DNA of 64,000 nucleotides from Saprolegnia diclina VS20. Lineage: Eukaryota. A model generated the notes under the pieces. The model saw nothing but the letters and a program-made list of their open reading frames with translations. It was not told the origin of the DNA and ran no database searches. Location of the stretch: positions 243,476 through 307,475 of the forward strand of contig NW_008246075.1 of NCBI RefSeq assembly GCF_000281045.1, read 5' to 3'. The position numbers and the translations under genes were made by a program. Positions 34,310 to 45,626 of this stretch are shown here, one piece after another. Position 1 is the first letter of the stretch. Every line of letters starts with the position of its first letter.

Positions 34310-36528
34310 ATGATCGGAGCCGTCGCACCAGGCGCCGCCTGCTGTCGATGCCCCAGCGGCGCCGCTGTCGCCTGTGCGGACTGCGACCTCGTCTACTGCG
34401 CCGACTGCGCCGAGGCGCGCCACCGCAAGGGCTCGTTCCAGCGCCATAACGTCACGAGCCTCATCAATGCCACAACTTGCGATGAGTGCTCTGCCGCACC
34501 CGCGACGACGGCCTGCCCTGCGTGCGAGCTCCGGTATTGCGACCCATGTGCCAAGGATGTCCACCGGAACGGAAAGCTCCAGGCCCACCTCGACCTGCTC
34601 ACGCCTTGCAGCAAGGAAGCGGGAAACCAATCGTCCGTGTTGCTGTCGCCGCCACCGCCACCGTTTCTGAGCCCCTTCTCCGCGGCGTCGTCGTCCACCG
34701 ACTCGCCTTTCATGCAGCAGCGGAAGCGCTGGTCCATGTCATCCGACTCGATGACCGGCGACGACACGGACACGGACGTCGACTTGTGGACCAACTGGCG
34801 CGTGTTTGGCAACAACGACCAGCGCCTCTCGGACACGACGCCACTTCCCGCCGCGACCGTACGCTGGAGATACCGATTTCGTGTCATGCTCATGCATTGT
34901 CCTCTGTGTAGTGGATGAACCCGGCGTCGGACGCCATGTCAACGTCCAGCGACGAAGACACCAAGCCGAGTTCGATTTCCGATGCGTTCAAGACGCTGGC
35001 GCTCACGCACTCGTCGTCGTCGCTCTCGTCGGTATGCCCGGTTATCTCCGCGGCAGCCAAACTCATGCCATGGTGTTCTAGGTCTCGGACGAGCCTGAAA
35101 AGCCAATTCGGTCCCGCCTCGTGTCGTGGGAGACGGCCAATGGCACGTACTCGCAGAACGAGCTCGAAGACCTCGTCTCCGCGTTGACGAGCCGATCGCC
35201 GACACGCCATGTCAGCGTGCGCAGTAGCGGGCCCTTCTCCACCGCGCAGTGCGCCAGCATCTACCAGACGATGCAGGTACACAGCTCCACGCTGCTCAAC
35301 AGTCATTGAACGCTATCGTGGATAGAGTCATGGGGACGTTGCTCACTGCAATGCGGCCATGGCGACGCACGGCGTGCTTCTCTACACGTTCTACGAACTC
35401 AAGTCGGCGACGCAAGCCGTGAACGAAGCGACGCCGATGTACGTCGTCGACTACTGCGTGCTGTACGACCATCCATCGCCCAAGTCGCACGCATCTGTCG
35501 AGATTGCGTTTGCCCCGGGGTACGACCGCGGCGTCGTCTCGTCCGACGAGCTGCACTTGATCTGCAGCACACTCGGCGACGTCGTGACCGTGACCGAGCC
35601 GTCGCGCGGCCAATTCCTCGTCGAGTTCAATGATGCACGCGTCGTCGCCCGGGCCATCGGTCTCCTCAGCGAAAAAGGCAACCTCGGTGGCTACGTGTTT
35701 ACGGCCATGCGCGCACCGGCGTCGCCAACCGAGCTCAAAGCGATCGGCCAGTGCCAACTTGCGTCGCAGCGCCATGCGCCGGCGGTCGCCAACCCGGCGC
35801 ACAGCCCCGAAAAGGTGTTTGCGTCCGGGAGCATGCCCATTCCGAACAACACCAACCACCAGACGCAGCAAGTGGGCATTTGGGCCGACCCGCCCATGCC
35901 GCCGCCGTCGCCGCCGATGGACGAGTTCAGCCTCGGCATCGACCGCGTGTACGCAGGCACGGACAAGCGCACGACGCTCATGATCCGCAACATCCCCAAC
36001 AAGTACACGCAAGCGATGCTGCTCGCAGAACTCAACGCGCGCCACGCGGGCAGCTACGATTTCTTTTACCTCCCGATCGACTTCAAAAACAAGTGCAACA
36101 TGGGCTACGCGTTCATCAACTTTATGGAAACCGCCACGATCGGGCCTTTCTACGAGGCGTTCAACGGCCAGCGCTGGCCCAACTTCAACAGCGACAAGGT
36201 CTGCGCCATCTCGTATGCGCGGCTCCAGGGCAAGGCCGCGATGATTGCGCGCTTCCAGAACTCGAGCCTCCTCGAGAAGCACGAGTCGTACCGGCCGCTC
36301 GTCTTCAAGAGCAATGGGCCCAACAAGGGCGCGCTCGAGCCCTTCCCAAGCAGTGGAAAGGCCAAGGTCTTCAAGCCACCGTACCCGCCGCTGCAGATGC
36401 ACCACCCGCAAGGCGACGCGACCGTCTACTACCACCAGAGCGGGTACCACCCCCAGAGCGGATACCACCCGTACCCGATCATGTACCACCGCGCGCACGA
36501 GTACACCAAGCCGCCCGAGTACTCGTAA
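34310..36528 (+). CDS. Mei2-like RNA-binding protein (RRM3/RRM_2) with two N-terminal B-box zinc fingers, 4 exons
   Basis: B-boxes CCRC..CADCDLVYCADC...HRKGSFQRH and CDEC..CPACELRYCDPC...HRNGKLQAH. Three in-frame GT-AG introns. Degenerate RRM1 and RRM2, then the Mei2 RRM3 signature DKRTTLMIRNIPNKYTQAMLL...YDFFYLPIDFKNKCNMGYAFINF...NSDKVCAISYARLQG. Confidence 0.85.
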
Positions 36529-36640
36529 AGCGCTCGTGGGTTGTGATGCGGTCGAAGCGTCGCTTGGTAGTTTTGTATTCTAGCCTTTTATACCAACTTG
36601 TGCAGTTTTGCCACACCCCTTGGTTCTCCTTCATGTCAGA

Positions 36641-39600
36641 CTAGGTGGCGCGCGTCTTCTCCGTGCTGCTGCCAGGCGCCTTGTGCGGAGCTTTGGCCGG
36701 CGACTGCGTCGGAGGGCCTTTGAGCGCAACGCTGCGGCAGCGCTGCGCAAAGTTGAGCGAGCAAAGCGACTCCCACGCGTTCCAGGCCACGGGACTCACG
36801 TTGACAAACATGAGCACCTGCACCACAATTCGCCACGCCATGAGATACAATCTGACAGGTACCTTGGAGTTGCCACTCAGAGATTCTTGGAGCAAAAACG
36901 TCTACACCAAAATGTATCGCATGGTAGGACCAAGGACGGCGACAACGTACGAGCTTCGAGTTGCGGTACGGCACGTGCTTGCTATGGCTGCCAAGCGCCG
37001 CAATGACATCGCCGAGCGACGAGAGCGATCGGTTAATGTGCTGGGCTTCCTTCAAGCGCTGGCCACTCGCCGCTGTCTTGCCTAATGTCCCTATCGTTTG
37101 GCCCAAGAAATGAGGCAGCAAATACGTACTGATGCGCTCCGAGCCCGCGAGGTCAATCAGGTGCAGCTTGGAGATCGCGCGCTTCCCGTCGGCTTTTTGA
37201 ACGCTCGTGATCGTGATTGAGAGCACAAGGTGCGACCGACTGCTATGTTCGTTAAAGTCGTGGCTGCCCACACTCCGGTGCGAGTGCCCGAGTCGCATGA
37301 GGTCCTCGACATCCCGCGTCGACGCCACTTCAACCTCCATGAGGTTATCGACGAACGCGCCGTGCTTGCCCATGCGCACTTCGAGCGCCTTGCGCTCGTC
37401 GCCCGTCGACGTGTCGTCCAAGAGATCCACAATCGTCTCTACAACTACATGACAAAGAGGTAGAGACAAAACGACGCACCGTTGTAGACCTCGAGGATGC
37501 TCAGCTTCATGTCGCATTCCATTGTGCCAGCGCGAAGCCGGTCGTCGCGGACGCGGAAAAGCTCTTCCATGGCACGAAAGTTCACCCCGCGGTCTGCGTC
37601 GGGTCCTTCCATCGTGTGCGTCTTGCCCGACCCGGTCTGGCCGTACGCAAAGATGCAGACACTAGCGCACATCCTCACTCAGAAAAGCACCCACAGGCGA
37701 ACGCTCGACGTACTTGAAGCCGTCCATGGCGCTCACAACAAGCGCTTTGGTTTGTTCAAAGACGTCGGTCTGCGAACTCGACGGCTGCGAAACACGGTGT
37801 GTGAGGCCTTCCGACTCAAACCGAGCGGCAACAGTACCGTGAACACGTGGTCAAACTCAAAAAGGTGCTTTTGGCCCTCGCCGACGACCAAGTCGAGCGC
37901 TTGCGTGTCGTTCGAGCGAAAGAACACGGCTTCGGACGCCGCGTCGCTCTGCAGCTCGACGGGCTGGATGGGTCGGACTCGGCAAAACACTCGGATGTTG
38001 CCGCCGAGTTCCATGACTTTGTTGTGCAGCTGTCGGCGCGCTTTCATCTCTTGCGCGTACAAGAGCGCGAGCTGGTCCTTCTCTGCGAGCGCCGCTAGCA
38101 CCTGCACTGCTGCCTATACGCCCATCGTTGTTTCGTGCACAGCAACGCCAACAACGTACAGTGCGCGCTGCTTCGTCGGCGCCCGCTTGTTTGGCCGCCG
38201 ACAGCTTGGTGTCGAGCGACGACTGCGACGCAGCGAGGTCGTCCGTCAGAGTCTTCATCTGGGCTTCACTGGCCGCCATGGCGGCTTCGAGCTGTTTGCC
38301 TTTGGTTTTGTACTTGGTTACCTACGTCCGTTGGTACAGATAAACAACTTGGAAAGGACATGTGTACATGGGCCTGAAGCATCTGAACCTCCTTGGCGCT
38401 TTCGGTCGCTTTGGCTTCGGCGGCTTGAAGGCTGCATATGTTCAAGTGACGAGAAGGCAACAAATAAGGATTCGTACGCAGCCGTCGACGACTTCTTCTC
38501 CGACTCGAGAACACCAAGCAGCTGTGTCACGTTGGCCTTCTCGGTCGCAATGGCCGCGTTGGCCGTGGCCAAGGCCTACAGCGCGCTCATGAGCACCGTG
38601 CCGACCCTCGTGGTTGCAAATTAACGGTTTGGTGCTCAAGCTTGAGGGCTTGGACCTTGGCCTCGTGCGCGGCCAGCGTCGCCTTCCCACGACCTCACTT
38701 GTGGCGGTTGCTGAAAAAGATAACTGGAGTACCGTGCTCGCATCGGCCAGCGCCGACGATTGCTGTTGCACGTGTGTGGCCGCCGCCTCCTTGAGCGACT
38801 AGAGCCCGCATGGGCCTCACGATCGAGGACCAGGTCGACCAACCTGAATCTCTGCGGTCGTCGACGCCGTGAGCGCATCCAGCTCTTGCTGCAGCGCATC
38901 CCGGGCATCCGTTAGATTGGCCAGCTTTCGTTCGTACCGCTTGAGCTCGTCCTTCTAGTCGCACAAGACGCTTTCGCCAGAACCCTCGATACAAGTAGGC
39001 TACGTGGTCGCTGCCCGCCTCGAGCTCCTTCACGCGCATCTACAGTACCAGCACTACACTCACGGATTGTCGGAGGTAGCGCGTACACTTAGCGTTGTCA
39101 CTTGCTGCCGGAGCTCTTGGTTCTCCTGTGCGACCTTGGACTTGCTCAGCTCGAGCTCCGCTGTGGCCACAACCTATTTGGCCTTTCAGCAATGGCCTCG
39201 GCATTTCAATGACGTACAATCTGCTGCTTGGCGGCGCGCAGCGCTTCGTCCAAGTCGGCGACAGCAGCTTGGTTGGCGCCCGAGGACTCAACGAGCTGCG
39301 CTTCGCGCGCCGTCGCCGCCCTACATCAAGTACTTCATTAGCAAAAGTGCTGACAATGCAGAGCAGAGAGTGTACGCCAGGGCAGCCGCGGCCGTTTCTT
39401 GCGTGGACACTAGCCCATCTGCCCGTGCTTGAGCAGCTCTACGAACACCCACGCATCGACATCGCCGGTATGTAGACTCAGTGCTCCGTACGCGAGATCG
39501 GCGTCCTTCTGGGCGATCGTTGCCTTGAGTGCGTATATCTCAGCGTGGAGCTTCTCGAGGAGGTCGCGGTGCTCGTCGGGCGACGGCAGCGCCACCTACG

Positions 39601-40425
39601 TTCGAGAGCGCTACGCCAAACGATTCGTAAGCAATGCCGTACACTGCTCTTCTTGCGCTGGAGTGGCACCTACGCCCCGTAAGGTTACATTTCGAGGGAT
39701 CAACGTACCTCCTCCAGCTCCATCTCGCTCTCGGAATAGTCGTACTCGAGGTTGGCGTGGGAGCTCGTCGGTGACTGCGCGTCGTAGCCCCAGCTCGACT
39801 GGCTCGCGTACGGCCACGCGGCTTCGTCCGGCGGCGGCGCGAGCATCTGGTGCTTGAGCGCGACCACGTCAACGGGCTCGCCGCTGTGCTGCCGCCGGCG
39901 AATCTCCTGAAAGAGCGAGATGTAATCTCGGTCCGAGGGATGTTCCCAGCGGCTCTCGCCAGTGTGGTCGTTGTAGTAGTACGGCGCGCCCTCGGACGTC
40001 ATGACCTGGTGCCAGCCTATTGGCACGGGCGCGACGAGCGACTCTTTCGCGATCCAGAGAAAGTCCGCGTCAAAGTCCGGGTCCATCCCGAGGTAGCGCG
40101 CGTGTTCCTTGACGCCTTCGAGGAAGAGGTGCGGGTCGAGGCCTTCGACGCCATGGTCGTAGCTACCGATCGACGACGTGGGCGACAGTGGCGCTTGCGA
40201 AGCAGCGTCGACGCCGTCAAAGGCTAGCCCGAGGAGGCTCAAGCCAGCTTGGGTTGCCCGGCGCTGGTCGCCGTCGCGGCGCGACGTGAGCGACCCAAGC
40301 GGCGACGCCTGCTGCAGATACGTAGGCGCGCGCACGGGGCTCATCGAGTTGGCGCGGTGCAAGCGCCGAGCCCCATCGCTCCATGCGATGCTCGTGCTGA
40401 CGGCTCGTGGCGTCCGCTGCGCCAT
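36641..40425 (-). CDS. Kinesin-14 (C-terminal motor) with an N-terminal CEP164-like WW module and a long coiled coil, many exons
   Basis: Neck RRQLHNKVMELGGNIRVFCRVRP; P-loop AYGQTGSGKT; NEHSSRSH; DLAGSE; HINRSLSSLGDVI; HVPYRNSKL. N-terminal ARYLGMDP...LWIAKESLVAPVPIGW...YYYNDHTGESRWEHPSD. The motor is secure; its linkage to the WW exon is by manual splicing. Confidence 0.8.
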
Positions 40426-40530
40426 GACCCGCAACCGATGCTCTCTAATCGCACGCAACTGACCGTTACCGGTTCGAGATCGCGCCACCCTTTTTTGTCA
40501 CATCCAAACAAACCAACTGCTCAAAGCTAA

Positions 40531-40590
40531 GAGTGTACATTGTACGAGTGTACATTGTATGATTGTACATTGTATGATTGTACATTGTAC
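40531..40590. repeat. Tandem repeat, 4 x 15 bp, GA(G/T)TGTACATTGTA(C/T)
   Basis: gagtgtacattgtac gagtgtacattgtat gattgtacattgtat gattgtacattgtac. Confidence 0.9.
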
Positions 40591-40714
40591 AAAGAAAGAC
40601 TTCGATGAATCCGACAAGTTCTTTTATCCGTGTCCTCAAGCACCTGGTACAGCTAGGGGCACCGATGCGATAGTACAATAGTATAACAGCAGTGTTCACT
40701 TGTCGGTTGTTAAC

Positions 40715-42693
40715 TTATTCCACGGGCTCGACCTCGATGCGGATCTCGCCGTCGACGTCCAAGTGCGTGGTCATATCGCAGAGGAGTCGCTGGCGGGAGA
40801 TGCCAATGACGCGGCCGATCGCGTGCTCGCCGGCCGTCGGGATAAGCTTGAAGACCATCGTCATCTCGATATCAACGACAGTTTGCCCGTCGAGGAGCTG
40901 GATCGCGACGTCGACGGGCGACACGTCACTCATCTCGGGGCAGAGGCAGTAGTGGGCACTCGAGAGCAAATAGTGTACGGCGTCGAGGACGTCGCCACCG
41001 CCCGTCGTCCGGCTGCTGTAGATGAGCAGCTGCCGCGCGCACGCGAGCGCGTCCATTTCCGAGCTTTTCCGGTGGCTGGATGCGTGCTGGAGGAGCTCGA
41101 TCGCGAGCTCCGAGAGCATGTCTTCAAAGCACGAGCTCGCGTAGAGGCGGCCGTTGATGCGCAGAACGTCGCGCTGGATGTCCTTGAGCGCTTGCGCAAA
41201 GTTCGAGCACTTGAGCCGCCGCGCGCGCAATGATGCGTCCTGCGCCTCCAAGTGCACGTGAAGCCACTTGAGCGGCACGCGAAGACGCAGCGGCGGTGTG
41301 AGCGTCAGCCGTGGCGCGCCGTCTTCGCCTAGGCGAACCTGAAATTCAAATGTGAGTTTAAAGCGCGCGCACCTGTGAGCCGAAGCAGCTGGAGGTACTC
41401 GGGTGCAGTCGCCGTTGACAGCTTTGCCTGGAGCCGTACGAGGTGCTGCTGTGCTTCGACCGCAATCGCTCGGACCCACGCGTCGGTCTCAGCCTTGGAC
41501 GCCACGTCGACGACTTGGCGAAGGACGCCATTTGCGTCAAAGAGCGCGAACGTGTACCGCGCGCACTCGGGCGCGCCCGGACGCACGCTCCACCCCGCCA
41601 GTGCAAACTCCGTGTGCGGTGCGTACTCGCGCTGGATGCGCTGCCCGATGACGTCATCTTGCGCGTCACTGCGCCGGGCGTTGGCGAGCGCAAACATGTA
41701 TTTCTTGGCGGCCTCTGGCGACGGGAAGAGCGAGAGTTTCGCGGCCCACAGCACGGCCCAGCACCGCTGCTTGGTGCGCCAGAGCGCGCCCCACTTGCCG
41801 CAGTCGACGTACCCGTGCATGGCCACGTCGATGCCTGGCTGCAGCAAGATTGGGCGGCGGTCCGTGCGTCGTAATAGCGATAGCAGCGTCGAGGCCGACT
41901 CTTTTAGGATCGGCGACGAGCCCTGGTGGCTGCGCAAGTGCAAGTACAAAAGCCGAAGCTCGTGCTGCAATACGAGCGCGTTCTCGGTGAGTTGCAGCGC
42001 CGCGTGGAGCATCAGGTCATGATGCGAGATGCGAGTGTTGTGCTCGATCTCGAGCGTCGTCAAGTTGAGCGTCGTCGCGAGCCCGGTCGCCTCGATGCGT
42101 CCGAGGTGCGCCTTGCGCCAACGGTCGCGGTCGCCTGCGTCTGGTAGCTCAAACGACGCAGACTCTTCGGTAGCGTTGCTGCTGTCGTTGTTGTTGCTGA
42201 TGCTATCGTTGGCAGCCAGGGGTACGAGCTGGTCGAGAAGCCCGAGCTCGTCGTGGACTGCATCGTCATGCGGATAGAGGCTCAGGTCGACCATTGACGT
42301 CATCGCATCGAGACACACCGTTATGGCCTCGCTGGCTGGCGCATCCACCTCCAACGTCAAAAGATCGCCGTCGGCGAGAACATCGCCGATCGCCTTGGAG
42401 CTGTCCAAGTCTATAGAGCCATGAGCAAAGTTGACGGAGCATGCAAGTCCGACGTTGGTGCGTGCGCCAATGGTACAACTCTGCGGGCTTTGAAGCCGAC
42501 GTGAGCTCCTGTATATGGTCAAAGACGACGCGGAGCTACGGCAGAAGTTGGGCGGCGACGCGTGAGGGGCCGCGGTCGTTACCTGGTGTGCAGCGAGACA
42601 CTGGAAGCGGTAGACGGCGTCGTTGGAGAGCAGGAGCCTACTCATACACGATGCTATAAGATCTGCGCTAGTCACAACCATCGTCGCCATCAT
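40715..42693 (-). CDS. PH-domain-containing hypothetical protein, at least 2 exons
   Basis: AMHGYVDCGKWGALWRTKQRCWAVLWAAKLSLF...YTFALFD...DVASKAETDAWVRAI (PH). Spliced at about 41330-41372 to a C-terminal exon ending EIRIEVEPVE*. Confidence 0.65.
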
Positions 42694-43166
42694 CGGCGTC
42701 GTCGCCAGACTACCTGAAGGAGACCGCTTGGTTCATGCCGGTCTGTGCCATCGCGGCTCGCCGAAATCGAATGATCCAAAGATTCGTTTTTGCCAGAGCA
42801 ATGTTGTCCGGATACGTACACATCGGCATATGCCATGCTTAGCTTGTATTTTCGGCACCTCACCTTGACTGCCGATGCATGGATCGAGCATCCTTCGACG
42901 ATACTCTGGCACATTGAAGCACGCAAAACATACATATAACAAGGCAGCCGTGATCGAAGCAACGACTACGTCCATCCGATAAATGTCCCTCGAGTCCTTG
43001 GAACCTGTCCCGCCTTTTTCTGCTGCGCACGGCAAATTGCCATCGGCATATGCCGCAATTACCTTCTATTAGCGGCACATGGGACGTCATATGCCGTAAA
43101 TAATAGTGAATTTGGCGGCTTATGCCGAATCCGCCCAGATCGACTCAAGTGGTCCATACATCGAAA

Positions 43167-44807
43167 ATGGCGTTTTCGTTCGGAGCGAGTGGAGCGAGCG
43201 CGGCGCCGGCCACGGGCGGCTTCTCTTTCGGGGGTGCCTCCGCAGCCCCTGCATCAACAGGCTTCAGCTTTGGTGGCAGCACGCCTGCAGCGACGTCTGC
43301 GGCGCCGGCTTCGACAGGTGGCTTTTCCTTTGGCGGAAGCAGTGGCTCCTCGACGACGACGACGGCAGCTCCGGCGTCAACTGGTTTCAGCTTTGGTGGC
43401 AACTCGACACCGGCGGCTGCGCCTGCCGCGGCTTCGTCCACGGGCTTCAGTTTTGGCGGCAGCTCGACACCAGCGGCCGCGCCAGCATCGACAGGCTTCA
43501 GTTTCGGCGGCGCCAGCGCCACACCTGCGCCTGCATCGACGGGCTTCAGCTTTGGCGGCAGTAACACGACACCTGCACCTGCCTCAACGGGCTTCAGCTT
43601 TGGTGGCGCATCATCGACGCCCGCTGCCGCGCCCGCCTCGACAGGGTTCAATTTCGGTAGTACGGCTGCTGCACCGTCGACGTCGTCCTTTAGCTTTGGC
43701 AGCGCGCCAGCCGCAACGCCGAGCCTCGGCTTTGGTGCTGCCCCAGGCAACACGAAGGCCATCAGCCTCGACACGCGCTTTGAAGACCTCCCGGCCGACG
43801 TGCAGAAGCAGCTCATTGAGTTTGGTACGTTTGTCAAGGAGCAGAGCCGCGAAGAGGCGTCGATCCGCGCGGTCTCTTCGGCCAAGCTGACGCAACTGAA
43901 GGAAAGCACGACGCACCTCGAGCAGGCGGCGCTTGTGCTCCAGAACATCCATGCGCGCCAGGCCAAGAACATTGGCGCGCTCAAGACAGACGTGAAGGAC
44001 CTCGTGGTGCAGGCCGAGAGCGCCGACCAGACCCACTTGCACATGACGAGCGAGACGGGCATCCAGCGCCACGAGCCGATGCCGTCGCCGTACTACTGGT
44101 CGCTCGTCCAGCATTTCGAGAGTCGTCTCGCTACGCTCAAGGGCCAAATGACGGACGTGCATAGCCAACTCCAAGGCGCCAAGCACGATGACGTGTCCAT
44201 GGACGCAGACGAAGCCAGCACCGTGCACATGACGCCCCGCGTGCTCCAGGAGACGTTGCAGAGCCAAAATGAAGCGTTTATGCGCGCGGCGGCCCGGGTC
44301 GCAGACGTCCACGAGCGCGCCGATACGCTCCGCGACCAGTATTTATCCCGGCAGCAGGCGGCGCCCCACGGCTTTGGCCTCGTGCGCAACCCGTTTGAAG
44401 CCGCGGACCGTGTCCAGGCCGAAGAAGAGCGCCGCATCGTCGACCGGATTCGGCTCAGCGCGGCACAGTCGACGTTGCCCGCGTCCTCGTCCACAGCTGT
44501 CGCGACGACGGCGGCGGCACCAACCGCTACTGCGGCGTCGACGCTGTTCTCATTTGGTGCTGCCACAACGCCCGCCCCGGCGGCCGCACCCGCAACGGGC
44601 GGCTTTTCGTTTGGTGCTGCTGCGGCCACGCCCGCCGCCCCCAGCGCCTTTGGCACGAGCTCGTTTGGGGCTGCGGCCACCGGCGCCGTGCCGTCGCTCA
44701 CAAAATCAGTGAGCTTCTCGGGTCTCGGGACGCCGCAGGTGACGCCGGACGCCGGTGCATTTGGCGCCAACAAGTCGGCCCGTCGCCCAAAGACAAAGAA
44801 GCGGTAA
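43167..44807 (+). CDS. NUP58: FG-repeat nucleoporin, Nup58/Nup49-like
   Basis: MAFSFG start; repeated APASTGFSFGG units; central coiled coil with TRFEDLP and PSPYYWSLVQHFESRL; a second FG block at the C-terminus, as in the Nup58 architecture. Confidence 0.8.
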   Translation: MAFSFGASGASAAPATGGFSFGGASAAPASTGFSFGGSTPAATSAAPASTGGFSFGGSSGSSTTTTAAPASTGFSFGGNSTPAAAPAAASSTGFSFGGSSTPAAAPASTGFSFGGASATPAPASTGFSFGGSNTTPAPASTGFSFGGASSTPAAAPASTGFNFGSTAAAPSTSSFSFGSAPAATPSLGFGAAPGNTKAISLDTRFEDLPADVQKQLIEFGTFVKEQSREEASIRAVSSAKLTQLKESTTHLEQAALVLQNIHARQAKNIGALKTDVKDLVVQAESADQTHLHMTSETGIQRHEPMPSPYYWSLVQHFESRLATLKGQMTDVHSQLQGAKHDDVSMDADEASTVHMTPRVLQETLQSQNEAFMRAAARVADVHERADTLRDQYLSRQQAAPHGFGLVRNPFEAADRVQAEEERRIVDRIRLSAAQSTLPASSSTAVATTAAAPTATAASTLFSFGAATTPAPAAAPATGGFSFGAAAATPAAPSAFGTSSFGAAATGAVPSLTKSVSFSGLGTPQVTPDAGAFGANKSARRPKTKKR

Positions 44808-45163
44808 ATGGCATAATATGTTCTTGGTCCCTTGCGGTCACCTTCTACATAAATTGCAGCGTCAACTCCACATCGCACAATGCCACCGAGGTGTACCTAT
44901 CCATGAAGGGGTCTACAGTCCTGTGCAAGTCGACAGTATCCTGCCAAACACGCCCAACGACGATGATGAATGAAGCGCGCTAGGATCTACTGCTATCCAA
45001 CTTGCATCGTGGTGAGCGTTCTTCTAGAGTTGAGACTCTGCACTGTTGTGCCAAAGACATCTCCACGTATCAATATATATATTACAAATTCAAAATGACT
45101 ACGCTAAATAACTACTCACGGTGGACGTTGTTGCCGACGGTGGCCTATGCATCACGATAGTTT

Positions 45164-45535
45164 CTAGCTCACCAAGTAGATCACACGTACCGATTGCAGT
45201 GCCGCGGCCGTCGCAACACGCTCCATCGTGACGTGCTGAGCCAGAAATACCTGGTCCCGGCCGACGGCCTGGAGCTCGTTGCGAGTCGTGTCGAGAGCAG
45301 CAGCGACGCGGACATCGCTCGTTGTCACCAGAACGTGGATGTGTCGAAGCTTGTCATCAAGCGTCGTCATCCAAGCTTGAAGACGAAGAAGCCCGCTGGA
45401 CATGGCACGCTCCAACTCGTGACTGCGGCGGAGCTCGTTGCGCAGGTCGCGCAGCTCGGCCTCCTGTTCGGGCTGCGCGGGTAGCGTGTGCGTCCCGCGC
45501 GATAGTATACCATTTGCCGCTCTACAGTAACCCAT
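45164..45535 (-). CDS. Possible coiled-coil hypothetical protein exon
   Basis: EQEAELRDLRNELRRSHELERAMSSGLLRLQAWMTTLDDKLR... followed by a GTACGT donor. Gene boundaries are unclear. Confidence 0.35.
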   Translation of the reverse strand: MGYCRAANGILSRGTHTLPAQPEQEAELRDLRNELRRSHELERAMSSGLLRLQAWMTTLDDKLRHIHVLVTTSDVRVAAALDTTRNELQAVGRDQVFLAQHVTMERVATAAALQSVRVIYLVS

Positions 45536-45626
45536 ACCTTTGTGACGTATCGATTCATGGTGTATTATATCAGAGGTGCTGCAAGAGATCCTTGCGCCGC
45601 GAAAGACTAATGGTAGGGGCCAGCGC

